Part shown: piece by piece, positions 1 to 12,200 of the stretch
Layout of the letters: each line of letters begins with the position of its first letter
How positions within the stretch are numbered: position 1 is the first letter of the stretch
DNA from: Gracilinanus agilis
Taxonomy: Eukaryota
Direction: 5' to 3'
Assembly (NCBI RefSeq): GCF_016433145.1
Contig: NC_058132.1
Span: 30,782,437-30,846,436 of the forward strand
DNA length: 64,000 nt
Translations under genes and position numbers: made by a program
The notes under the pieces: generated by a model
Database searches by the model: none
The model's input: the letters and a program-made list of their open reading frames with translations, nothing else
What the model was told of the DNA's origin: nothing

Positions 1-236
1 CCCAGAACTCGGCCGTCACTTGCTCCCCGTTCCCTAAGAGAAGGCCCCGCCCCCTATGAGGCCCCGCCCCCTGTAGGCCATTTCACCCCCTCCCCCCGCC
101 CTCCTTCCGCCGTCCAATCGCGCGCGGTGGCCTTGGAGTCTGGGCCGGGCCGGGGCGCGCGCCACGGGAGGGCGGGGTCCGCTAGGCTGGGGGCGGGCAC
201 GCGCGGCCGGCCCGGCCCGCCCCCTCCCACGCGGCC
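1..236. promoter_or_regulatory. CpG-island promoter of PUSL1 (probably bidirectional with ACAP3, which lies outside the window)
   Basis: Very GC/CpG-rich. Tandem 14-mer AGGCCCCGCCCCCT (Sp1 GC box) at 42-55 and 59-72, further GC boxes, CCAAT near 114. ACAP3 head-to-head arrangement is recalled from human synteny only. Confidence 0.75.
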
Positions 237-295
237 ATGGACTCACCCCGCGCGCGCTACCTCGTGTTCTTCCAGTACGTGGGGACCGCCTTTAG
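237..295 (+). CDS. PUSL1: PUSL1 exon 1 (MDSPRARYLVFFQYVGTAF)
   Basis: GCCATGG Kozak; AG|GTAGGT donor. Confidence 0.9.
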
Positions 296-3200
296 GTAGG
301 TAGGGGCGGAGATGGGGCCCCGAGAAGGGCGGGATACGGGGATCTAGCCCCGCCCCCTTCCGGGGGGGGGGCGCCCACTCGTGTCCCTAGATTGCCCCAG
401 CGCCCACGTGGGACGTCGGGGGCTGCAGCAGGAAGGACTGGAGCGAGCCCGAGGAAGAAATTTGGAAGGCAGCCCCGGCGGGGGACTAGGGGCACCCCGA
501 GCCCTAGGGGAGACCTCAGACGATCCCCTTCCCTCCCTGGGCCTGTTTCCTGTCCCAGGATCTAGTCAGTGATTTCTAAGCACCTTCCGGTCCTGGAACC
601 AAGTTCCACGACTGAGTGGTTCAAGTCAAGCTGCAATTATTAAGCACCTACTCTGTGCCATGCACTGGGGGCAGCCCTGACGGGTGGAGGAGGGCCCTGA
701 GTCTGGGGCCTTACACTCCCCCTCCCCCCGGCTTCCTCTCCCGGAGCAGAGGAAGGATGTGGCCACGGACTGTACCCAGGTCTGGCCGGGGCAGGGGGGC
801 AGGGTAGGCTGGAAGGTTGGCACCGGAGCTAAGTTTAGGATGGCCATTTCAAGAAATCACCCAGACTCGGGACGTTTTCCGGAAATTAGGTTTCTAAACA
901 TTTCTGCCTGAAACAGCTTTGCTTACATTCAGTGCCTGTGTGTTTGGGAAGGGGAGGGAAGAGAGCTCCAGGGATCCCTGTTAGGACTGACCAAGGCGCT
1001 TTCACCCAGTGGAGGCTGAGCATTCAGGTGGCTCAGTGGAGAGAGAGCCAGGCCTGGAGATGAGAGGTCCTGGGTTCAAATTTTACCTCAGACCCTTCCT
1101 AGCTGTGTGACCCTGGGCAAGTCACTTAACCCCCATTGCCTCACTCTCACCTCTCTTCTGCCTTGGAACCTTTGGACTTATTGATTCAAAGGTTTAGAAA
1201 CAAAATGAAAATGTTAACTAGGACTTGGCAAGGCAGTGGGGATTGAGAGATTAAAAAAAAAAAAAAAAGACTTCATCTGTGCCTACTGAGAGCTTAAATT
1301 TTACCTGGAGAGGGCAGGAGTGAGGAGATCATCCATCATGGCTGGATGGGGACCTCAGTGGCCATGTAGTCTAATCCTTCATTTTCTACATTAAGAAATT
1401 AAGACTTCTGAGGTGGGGACTAACCCTAAGTCAGGTCTGGGTTGTTAATAAACCTCAAGGGCAAAATTCGAACTCTGGTCTTTAGATGACTCCTAGGGCT
1501 GTCCTCTTGACTTTGGTAAGATCCACATAGAAGCACCCCAAAACCATTTCTTGAGAGCAACTGAAACTAACAACTCGATGGGGCTTGGAAGAATTCCCAC
1601 TTAGGCTGTGTTTTCAACTATTTAATTCAACAAGCGTTTGTGGCCCAGTCAGTCAGGAAACATTTAGAACAAGAGCCTACTATATGCTAATTGCTGGAGA
1701 TTTTTATAAAAAGAAGCAAAAAAGACAGTCCCTACCCTCAAGGAACTCACAATCTTTTTTTTTTTTAACTATATTTATATTTATTTCACTAAATATTTCC
1801 TAATAAAATGTAAAAAACATTCATTGTTTAAAATGCCAAGTTCCAAATTCTCTCCTTCCTCTGGCCCTCCCGACCCCTGAGAAGATAAGCAATTTGGCAA
1901 TTGATTCTATATAATGATGATATAAGTCACGAAAAGCAAATGTCCATGTTGGCCGTGTTGGAAAAAAAAACACGAAAAAGAAAGAAAGTGAAAAATCTGC
2001 TGCAGTCTGAGTTTCATCAGTCGTCTCTCAAGAAATGGAGATATCTCTTCATCATTGTTCATCACAGGAAAGAACCCACAATCTTTTTTTCCAAACCCTC
2101 ACCTTCTGACTAGGCAGAAGAGTGACAAGGGCAAGGCAATGGGAATTAAGTGACTTGCCCAAGGTCACATAGCTAGGAAGTGCCGTGGGGCAGATTTGAA
2201 CCCAGGACCTCCCAGCTCTCAGATTAGTGCTCTATCCACTGAACAAGCTTATTATTATTCATTAAACCTTTATTTTCTGGCTCAGTATCACTTATAAGAC
2301 AGAAGAGTGGTAAGTGCTAGCCAAGTGGAGTTAAGTGACTTGTCCATAGTCATAGAGGTAGGAAGTGTCTCGGACCAGATTTGAACCCAGGACCTCCTGT
2401 GTCCAAGCCTTACTCTCCCTCTACTGAGCCATCTAGCTGCCCCTAGGAACTAACAGTCTCTACCAGGCAGCCCTCTCCTCAAGAAGCTACAGGGGGGAGA
2501 AGTGATATGTATTCAGAATGTTGTTATCCAAGCTATTCAGTCAGGTCTGACTTCACAGCCCCATTTGGAGTTTTCTTGGCAAAGACACTAGAGGGGTTGG
2601 CCATTTCTTTCTCCATCTCATTTTACAGATGAGGAAACTGAGGCCAACAGGTAGTAATATAAAATCGGCAAAGTAATTGGGAGGTGGAAGGACCCCGTAG
2701 AGGAGGCAGTTGGTGCTTGAGCTGAGCTGGGAAGGAAAATAGGGATTCCAAGAGGTTTCAAAGAGGGAGAGCATTCCCAACATGGAGGAAGTCTGTCTGA
2801 ACTGAGATGAAAGGTAGATAGTGCAGACCAGTCTGGCTGGATTGTCCGATGCATGATGTAAATCCTCTGCAGAGATAATGCTGCAACCACTGAGAAGGGC
2901 TTTAAAAGTCAAACAGAGAAGTTATCTTTTGTCCTAAAGGCAAGGGGGAGTCACTGGAGTTTCTTGAGCAGAAGAACAGGCTAAACCTGTGCTTTAGAAA
3001 TACCTACTTGACAGCTGTGGATGGGAGACTGGAGAGAAGTGAGGCAAAGAAACCAATTCTGAGGCTATTGCCATAGGACAGGTAAGAGATAATGAGGGAG
3101 GCAGCTGGGTGGCTCATGAGAGTCAGGCCCAGAGATGGGAGGTCCTGGTTTCAAATTTGGCCTCAGACACTTCCTAGCTGAGTGACCCTGGGCAAGTCAC

Positions 3201-6200
3201 TTAACTCCCATTGTCTAGCCCTTACTGCTCTTCTGCCTTGGAAGCAACACACAGTATTGATTCTACGAGGGAAAGTGAGGGTTTAAAAAAAAAAAAAAAA
3301 AAAAAGCTCCTGAGGGCCTGGCCAGACCTGGATGGTTGTGGTATATGTGAAAAGGAAGTATGTGGAAGATGATGAGTAATTGGAAACCACTGGTTCTAGC
3401 CACTAGTTGGATGTGGGGGATGATGGAGAGTAAAGATCTGAGAGTGATGCTGGGGTCTCCTTGTATAATTAGTGCTGAGCTCGGTGCCTGGCACACAGGA
3501 TCTGCTTACTGTGTGGATTGGATTGGATTGGAAATGGTGGTGGTGCCCTGAACCCAGATAGGGAAGTTAGGGGTAGTGGGAGGTTTGGGGGAAATGAGTT
3601 CTGTTTTAGACATTTTGTTGTTATTCAGTCCTATCTGACTCTTTGTGACCCCTTTTGGGGTTTTCTTGGCAAAGATACTAGAGTGGTTTGCCAATTCCTT
3701 CTCCAGCACATTTGACAGATGAGGAAACTGAGGCAGACAGCATGACGTGACATGCCCAGGGTCACACAGCCAAGAAATGTCTGAGGCTGGATTTGAACTC
3801 TGGAAGGTGAGTCTTCCTGACACCAGGCCTGATGCTCTATCCTCTGAGCCACCAAAGGCCAAAGGAACACCCTGTTGGAGATGTCAGGCAGGTGTTGGAG
3901 AGGTAGGACCCGCCCTTAGGAGAGAAGTTGGGCTAGATATGTCAACCTGGGAGTCATCTGCATAGAGATGATAATTAAACCTAATAATTAAACCCATGGG
4001 AGCTGATGACATAAGAGAGTCAGAGAGAGAGACAGAGAGAAGGGGGGGGGGAAGGAAGGGAAGTGGAGAGGGGAGAAGAGGAGGAGGGGGGAGAGGGGAG
4101 GGAAGAGAAGGATAAGAGAGAGGGGAGGGGAGGGCCCAGGGCAGAGCCCTGAGGGAAACTCCACATGCCTAGAAGGCTAGACGGGAAGGATGATTCTGCA
4201 AAGGAGAATGAGAAGTCACCCAGCCTCTATGGGGAGGTAGAGGTGGGGGATGGTGACCAGTGGTTGCATCCCCAAAACCCTGGGTGGAGAGAGTCTCCAG
4301 AAGTAGGGCGATTGTGACCAGTAATTAACCACTGAGGTCAAAAAGCCCTAAGAACAGGCTGCTTGGTTCTGTCATAAAGAAAAATCCTTGGTGGGGACAG
4401 CTGGGTAGCTCAGTGGTTAGAGGGCCAGGCCTTAAAGTAGGGAGATCCAGGGTTCAAATCTGTCCTCAGACACTTTCTAGCTGTGTGACCCTGGGTGAGT
4501 CACTTAACCCCCATTGCCTAGCCCTTACCACTCTTCTGCCTTGGAACTGATACACAGTATTGATTCTAAGATGGGAGGTGAGGGGTTAAAACAAAATCCT
4601 TGGTGGCCTGGGAACAGGCCATTTCAGTAATGGAAGGGACAGAAGCTAGATTTCAAAGGGCTGAGAAGTGAGGAGAAGGCCAGAAAATCGAGGTGAAAAT
4701 GTGCCTGGAGCTTTATTTTCCTGTGGAAGGGGAGATTTAGGGCAGTAGCTTGAGGGAACATCATATCAAGGTTGTTTTTTTTTCAGGCTCAGACACAGTC
4801 TAGTTGTGTTTATGGCGATGGGGAGGCAATTGTGATATAAAGAAGTTGAAAATTAGGTCTTTGGAAGGGGCTGGCTGCAGGAGGAGCCAGGAGGCATTAG
4901 AACTCAGGGCACAAGCAGAGGGCAAAGGGAAGAATCCCTGAGTCCTCGGAGCCTGGGACAAAGGAATGGAGGGAGGTGATACAGAGGTGATTTGAAGCAC
5001 AGAACAGGAGAAGAGGGAATCTGCAGGGGCCAGCCTCAGTTCTTTCCATGAAGCATTATCCAGGGACCACTACTGCAAAGGACGGGATAGTTGGCTTGAA
5101 AAGAGAAGTTTAGCAGAGAGGCTAGATGGGAGTGCCAGTGTGATCTGGGGACTCCTGGAGGTTTCTGAGACCTTTTCAGGGATTCTTTAAGGTAAAAACT
5201 ATTTTTTTTTTGTATTTTACTCTTACCTTCTGTCTTAATATCAGTTCTGCCTTGGAACCAATCCTTAGTATTGATTCTAAGAAGGAAGGTAAGAGTTTTT
5301 TATTTTTTAAAAAAGGCACTTTTGACACACCTCTTTCTTTCTCTGGTGTGCTGCCCTGGTGTTCAGGCTGGAGGAGCCAAAGAAACGCCGCAGGGCTCCG
5401 AGGCCAAAGATGGGCTCCTGCAGGAGCTCAGAACCTTCCATATCAAAATAATTTCAAGTGAAAAAAGAATGAATGACAATGACTTAGAGAGAATCGCCTC
5501 TCATGAGAACAGGTGGCCCCCATGCTAACTGTAGCAATCCATTTCAGCAAGCCCACACCTGGTCAGATGCTAGAGCTACCAAGACAGAAATGAAGGCTGT
5601 TCCTGCCCTTTAGGACCTGATAGGACCACAGGGCAGAGTTGTCAGCTTCCCTGAGCCTCAGTTTCTTCATCCCTAATCTGAGAGGGTTAAATTGGATGGA
5701 TGGCCAATGAAGTTCTTCCCATCTCTGTCATTCTGGGCTATAAGGGCCCTGCCTCCCAGACTGAAATCTCCAGTCTAGGAATCTAAGGGAAGCAGCAGCT
5801 TAGATCTCTCCCTGCAGACATGGGTCTGGGTTAGAGAGCCAGACGAGGGATCATTTGTGGAGCAAATAATGAGCTCTCTCTTTCCTTCTGNNNNNNNNNN
5901 NNNNNNNNNNNNNNNNNNNNNNNNNNNNNNNNNNNNNNNNNNNNNNNNNNNNNNNNNNNNNNNNNNNNNNNNNNNNNNNNNNNNNNNNNNNNNNNNNNNN
6001 NNNNNNNNNNNNNNNNNNNNNNNNNNNNNNNNNNNNNNNNNNNNNNNNNNNNNNNNNNNNNNNNNNCATGGCTATCAAACGGCCGGGGCAGAGGGTCGGA
6101 GTCCAGAATTTTCTAGAGGTAAGTGGCTTGTCTTCGGCCCAGGATTCAGCTCTCTCTGAGGGTTTGAGGAGAAGGGAGAGAGTGCTAGCACCAGGGAGGG

Positions 6201-9200
6201 CTCAGGAGAGGCTTCTCCATAGGAGGAAGCTGGAGGCTCTACCAGGTGGCTGACAGAGGAGAGCATTCCCGATATGGACAACAGTCTGTCAGAGGGTATG
6301 GAGGCTGGAGACGGAACAGCTACTAGTCAGCCTCCCACCCCGACCCCCAGACTAAAGTCTCTGTTTATATGGAGGATGGGACTGGAGCAGGGGGATGGAC
6401 AGAATGACCTCGTGCTATCTGGAAACAGTTACTGAACGGAGTGGGGCTGGGGGGAGACAAGGTGGCTGGGGCTTTTGCTGATCCCTGTGGACACAGATTG
6501 TCCGAAAGCCTCCAAACCTAGGGCAGATGGATGAATGGACCCCGCTACGGTGCAAGCTTCCTCTAGTTCTGGGGACCGTCCAGCCCACAGGTGCGCTGGG
6601 TCACAGGGCTCAGAGCTGGCAGGGACTTTAGAGACCGACTGTGGGGCCCAGAGGCCTCGTTTAACAGAGGAGGAAACTAAGGCCCATGCTGAGAAGTGCC
6701 AGAACTAAGTGGTTAGGAGCAGGGCCAAGATTCCCACCTGGGGCTTCTGAGTATTCCAGCTTTGGGTTCTGTCTGTGCTGCCTCACTGGGCCCCATCCAG
6801 TGGAGGGCACAGGGAAAGGAGTCCGTGCGGCCCCTGCCTCACCCGCATCCCATCCATCCCAGAGGGCTGCAGAGCGGCTGAACTCCATCACACCGGTCAA
6901 GTTCAGCATCTCCAGCCGAACGGACGCCGGCGTCCATGCCCTCGAGAACTCTGCCCATTGCGATGTTCAGCGCCTGACGGGCCGGCCCCCCTTCTCACCC
7001 GATGTCCTCACGACAGCCCTCAATAGCCACCTCGATCACCCTGACATCAGGTATGGAGAAGCCCCCAGATCCTTCCGGCACAGCCCCTCTCCTCTGTAGT
7101 GAATGGCCAGACCACCCTCCGTCAGGCCCCAGACATTCCTCGAGCACAATCCTGTCCCAGGTTCCATTGCCCTCCCCCCACCTTGGTCCCCCGTGACGGA
7201 ACACTCTGGGGGGGGGCCAGGCATCCTTGGTGTCAGCCCCAAGAGTTGGGGCACCCTGTACATCTCAGCCTCTCACGGCCCTGCCTTAGAAAGGACTCCT
7301 CCTGGAAGCGAGGATCAGCACCAAGGGGAGCGGACAGCGGAGAGGAGCCGGAGCTGGCCCACCTTAGGGAGTGCCTGCAGTGGGAGGCAGGAGGTAGACC
7401 GGCTGGCCTCCGGGTGGGTCACAGTTCCGGTCTGTCTGCGCTGCTCTAAGGCTTATGGTTATTTCTGGCTCTGGGAGGGACAGGAAGTAGCCTCTTCCCA
7501 GCCCAGGATTTGACCTTGGCCTGGGGCACTGGGGACCAGAACCAGGAGATCCTGGGCCCCAGCTGACTCCACCGGTGTCCAGGCTCTGTTCTGAGCCCTG
7601 CCGCCTCTTTCTATATATACTCTCTGGTCATGACCTCATCAGCTTCTAAATGTTCATCTCTAAGCGGATTCCCAGACCTGCCGGGCGAGGCTTAGCCAGG
7701 CTTTCTCCTGAGCTATAATCCTCTCCTCCGGATATCCTGTGGGCATCTCAAACTCACCGAAATGTCCTTTTCCCGAAACATTTCCCCATTATGGCGAAGG
7801 CACCGTCATCCTTCCCAGTCAGCCAGGTGACGCTCCCAGTGTCGGTGCCATTATTGACTTCCTCATTCAGTCTGTGGTTACGTCTTGTCACCTTTGCTCC
7901 ATCAGATCTCTCCCTCTGACACGGCCTGACCCTCCGCCTCAGCATCTCGTGCCAATGGTGGGCTTCTCTGCCTTCAGTCTCTCCCCACTCCACTCCAACC
8001 TTCGAGCAGTCATTACATACGCTCACATTTATTTTGATTATTATTATTTTTTAAACCATTACCTTCTTAGAATCAATACTGGGTGTTGGTGTCAAGGCAG
8101 AAGAGTGGTAAGGACTAGACAATAGGAGTTAAGTGACTTGCCCAGGGTCACATAGCTAGGGACTATCTGAGGCCAGATTTGACCTCAGGACCTCCTGTCT
8201 CTAGGCCTGGCTCTCAATCCACTGAAGCCCGACCTTTTTACACAAAAATATTTTATTTTTTAGCCAATTACGTGTAAAAATAATTTTTAACATTTTAAAA
8301 AAAGTTTGGGGTTCCAGATTCTCTCTGTCCCTCCCACCCTCCCTCTCTCCCACCCTTCTCCCCTCCCTGAAACATTTATTAAGTTCCAGCTGCCAACAGA
8401 TCTAACTGCGTTGCCCCCCTCCTCATAAAACTCCAGGGGCTCCCTGTCATCTCCAGAGTCTGAAAGAAACTGCTGGTTAAGGCCTCTCCCACCTGGCTCC
8501 CGCCACTTTCCAAAGCGACTGGATCTGTGATATCATTCATATAGGGAACTTGTGGGTGAGGACATTCCCTCCGCCAATGCAGGCTGGCACTTCCTCTGCA
8601 ATTCATAGTGTTAGAGGTGGGGATTGGCCCTGGGACTGGTCTAAGGAACTTCCAGTGAAGACACTCTCTACTGCTCGCCTGGCTGGTCACCACCTTCTCT
8701 GTGGCTTACAGCATGAGGTTCGAGCACCCGGGCCAGCACGTGGCCCACAATGGAGCCCAAACCATGCTTACTTAACAACATAAATGAGACAAAGATAATA
8801 ACACATTTTAAAACTAAGACTATACGTAGTCTCTGGACCCCTTGCATACCGATTTGTGGCCCCCATTTCTATTGGAGTTTGACACCATTGTTCTAGAAGT
8901 ACTAAGAATATGTGTCAAAGGTGAAATTTGAACCCAGGTCCTCCTGACTTCCAGGTCTGACACTCTCTCCATGTTTTTTGTTTTTTTTTTTAAAAATCCT
9001 TACCTTCCATCTTGGAGTCAGTACTGTGTATTGGCTCCAAGGCAGAAGAATGGTAAGGGCTAGGCAATGGGGGTCAAGTGACTTGCCCAGGGTCACACAG
9101 CTGGGAAGTGTCTGAGGCCAGATTTGAACCTAGGACCTCCTGTCTCTAGGTCTGGCTCTCCATCCCCTGAGCTACCCAGCTGCCCCCCTCCATTGTTTTT

Positions 9201-12200
9201 TACTGCCTTTGCCACACTCCCTCAGGGCTTTCCATCCCCTTTTCCCACAACTCCCAGTCTGCTGTGCCCTTTGAATCACTGGGCTCCTTCCTGACTCAGC
9301 CTCTAGGGAGCATCCTTAATTACCTTGCATTCATTTTGTGTTTTTATCCTGCATACTCTCCTACACGTCCTTGCTTCCCCATTAGAATGTAGGCCCCTCC
9401 AGAGGGCAGGGATCCTTCCATTCTTTGCCTTTGTTTTCCCACTGTCTGGCACATACAAGGCTCTTAATCAGTTCTTAGCAATTGGTGGATTGATGGGTCT
9501 AGCCGGTCTCCTTAATTTGGTTCTGGGAAATAGAGGGCCCCAGCTCCTACCCTGTTGGACCCAGGCATTCCCACTCCCCAAGCACTGTGTCAGTCACCAG
9601 GGTGATTCTGGAAACCCACAGACCTCTGCCCTGGCTGGCCTAGCTTGGGGAGGTAGGCATGGGCAGGGGACCACCGTGCTCTCCTGTCTTCGGTGACTTC
9701 CTTCATCTAATCTTAAAACAGTGGAAGTTCTTCCTGGCGTCTAATCCCCATATCCCCAATCCCAATCTCCCTTCTAGGGTGATCCGGGCTTTTCGGGCTC
9801 CTGATGACTTCCACGCTCGCTTTGAAGCCACGTCCCGGACCTACCTGTACCGACTGGTAACTGGCTGCTCTGTGGACATGCTGCCTGTGTTTGACCGGAA
9901 CCTGTGCTGGCCACTGAGGGCTGAGTAAGTGCCACAACTCCTTCCCCTCAGTACAGATTCAGGGGAAGGGCCTGGCAGAGGATGAGGCCCCTAGGCCTAG
10001 GACAGAACACTTCCCATTCCCTGTGTCATCAAGAAGGCCAGATTCTGGGCTGGGCTGGAGGAAGGGGGGGGTGCTATTTGGGGAGGGGGGAAGGGACCTT
10101 GAGCAAGGAGGATGCCCTCATGGCTTCCCATCCTGCTCTGCCCCTAGCCACCTGGATGTGGCAGCCATGCAGGAGGCTGCCCAGCATCTCCAGGGCACCC
10201 ACGACTTCCGGGCCTTTAGGTCAGCAAGTGATAATGACTGGCAAAACTCCGTGAAGACACTGATCCGGGCCTCTGTGGGCCCTGCGCGGGCCAGCCCCTT
10301 CACCCATCCCCAGGAGAAGAGGTAAGAACACAGCCCGGGCCAGGTCGCCCTCTCACGCTAGATGTGGGTGTCTCCATTTGGTCTCTCTCAACATCATCAG
10401 GTCCCAAGGGCCAGGGAGGGCTTTAAGACCAGATGGGTTCCCTGTCCTGTGGGACCTGGGAGTCTGAGAGTGTCCCCCTCCCTTCAGGGCAGGATGGGAA
10501 GGAAGGCTGGAGCCACCTGGTCCAGCTAAGGGCAGCATATGGGGCAAAGGACTGGCATCTTTCCATGACCTGCATCCCTCACCCCTTTGCTCTAGGCAGG
10601 GGTGATGGTATTGCTCTCGGCCCCAGTCCTGTCTCATGTCTTTTGTCCTGGGGCCAGCCAGTGTGCCCAGTGGAGCGGGCAGAACTGGGAGTGGGCACTG
10701 CCCTGGAGGGTAGCCTCAGGGGAGGCCATGGCCCACCGAGCGGCTGCTTTCCCCGTCCTTCGTCCTGCCAGGCTCCCCCTGGCCTCGGGACCTGCTTTGG
10801 GGAAGGGTATTGACAGCAACTCCAGCCCTCTCTCACCATCGGGACCATCTCTGGGGCTGTGCCTGGGAGCCACAGAGGCGCAGAAGCTCTGTGAGTGCTT
10901 GGCTTTCAGCCTGGGCCCTCGCCCTCTCCAGCTTTTTCTCTCCATGCCCGTCCCCTCTGGGTATCAGTGCCCGAGCTGAGCTGGGCCTGTTGCGGGGGGA
11001 GCTGCTACGGCCCCCTTTCCCAGCTGTGCCCCCTCCCGCCCCCGGGTGCCCAGCTCCAGCAAATTCCATTTCATGCTCTGTGGTGCGGGGGTGGAAGCCA
11101 GGCTAAATTTAGCTCTGTTGCTGATGAGCAGAAAGCTGGGCCCGGGAGGCCTCCCCCAGAGACCCTGGAGACCCTCAGCCCTGGGCATCCCAGGGAGGCC
11201 GGCTCCTGGCCGAAGCCCGAGGCTGGTGGGCAGGCAGGAGACTCTGGGCCCAGGGGAAACTACTCCCTTGTTCCCTGGCCGCTCCCCCTCCCCTCCTGCC
11301 CCCTTTCTCAATTGGCAGCTTGTCTATTCACAGAAGGGATTTGGGGTGGGGGGGCCCTGGGGCTGGGGTTGCCTAGCAACCATGAAAGCCTCTCTGAGGC
11401 CTGTCCTCCAGCTGAATGGCAAAAGGGAGCCCCTCATTGGGGATGCATCTCCATCACCTGTCTCCCCCCAACCCCCCTCCCAACTGGCGGCCAAGCCAGA
11501 GCCTTTGGGAAAGAATGGCCGCCTTTCTCTTGGCCGGCCTCCTCCCCTCTGGGCTGCCCAGTCCCCCCCTAGGGAGGGAGGACAGAGTGGGGGCCCCACA
11601 GGCGGTGGAGGAGAGCCTTCCAGCCCAGGCCTGAGGAAGGGGCTTCTGGGCTCTCCCCTTGGCCTCTCCTGAAGGCCCCCTCCAGCTGGCCCTGGGACCC
11701 TGCCCCAGCCTGGCCTGGAGCCCTCAAGCCTCTGTGGGCTGACGGGTGGGTGTTGCTCCCCAGCTTCCCCCTCTGACTCAGAGGAACTTCAGGGCCGCGA
11801 GGCCAACCTCCTCACCTCCTGGGGGAAACTGAGGCCCCAAGAAGGTCCCCAAAGACAGGCAGGGCGGCTCCACTAGAGCAAAGAGCTAAGCGACCGGCTG
11901 CCTTCCTCCCCGAGTGCTGCACCCACGTGGCCAGCTCTGCCTGACCCCCTCCCCACTAGAGATGAAGCTCCCATTAACATAGGGGTGCCTCGGGGCAGGC
12001 CTCAGTTTCCTTCTCCAGACACGGAGGAAGGGAGGGGTTAACTGTGGAGCTTGGCCGCAGGGGAGGGGGCTGTCTCTGGCCTTCCACGGCAGGTGCAGGC
12101 TGGGCAGCCGTAGAAAGAGCCTTTCTCCTGGGCCCCAGGAGGAGGGGAGGCCGGCCGGTGCCAGATGTGGCGCCAGAGAAGAGGCGCTCTGTCCTCTGCC

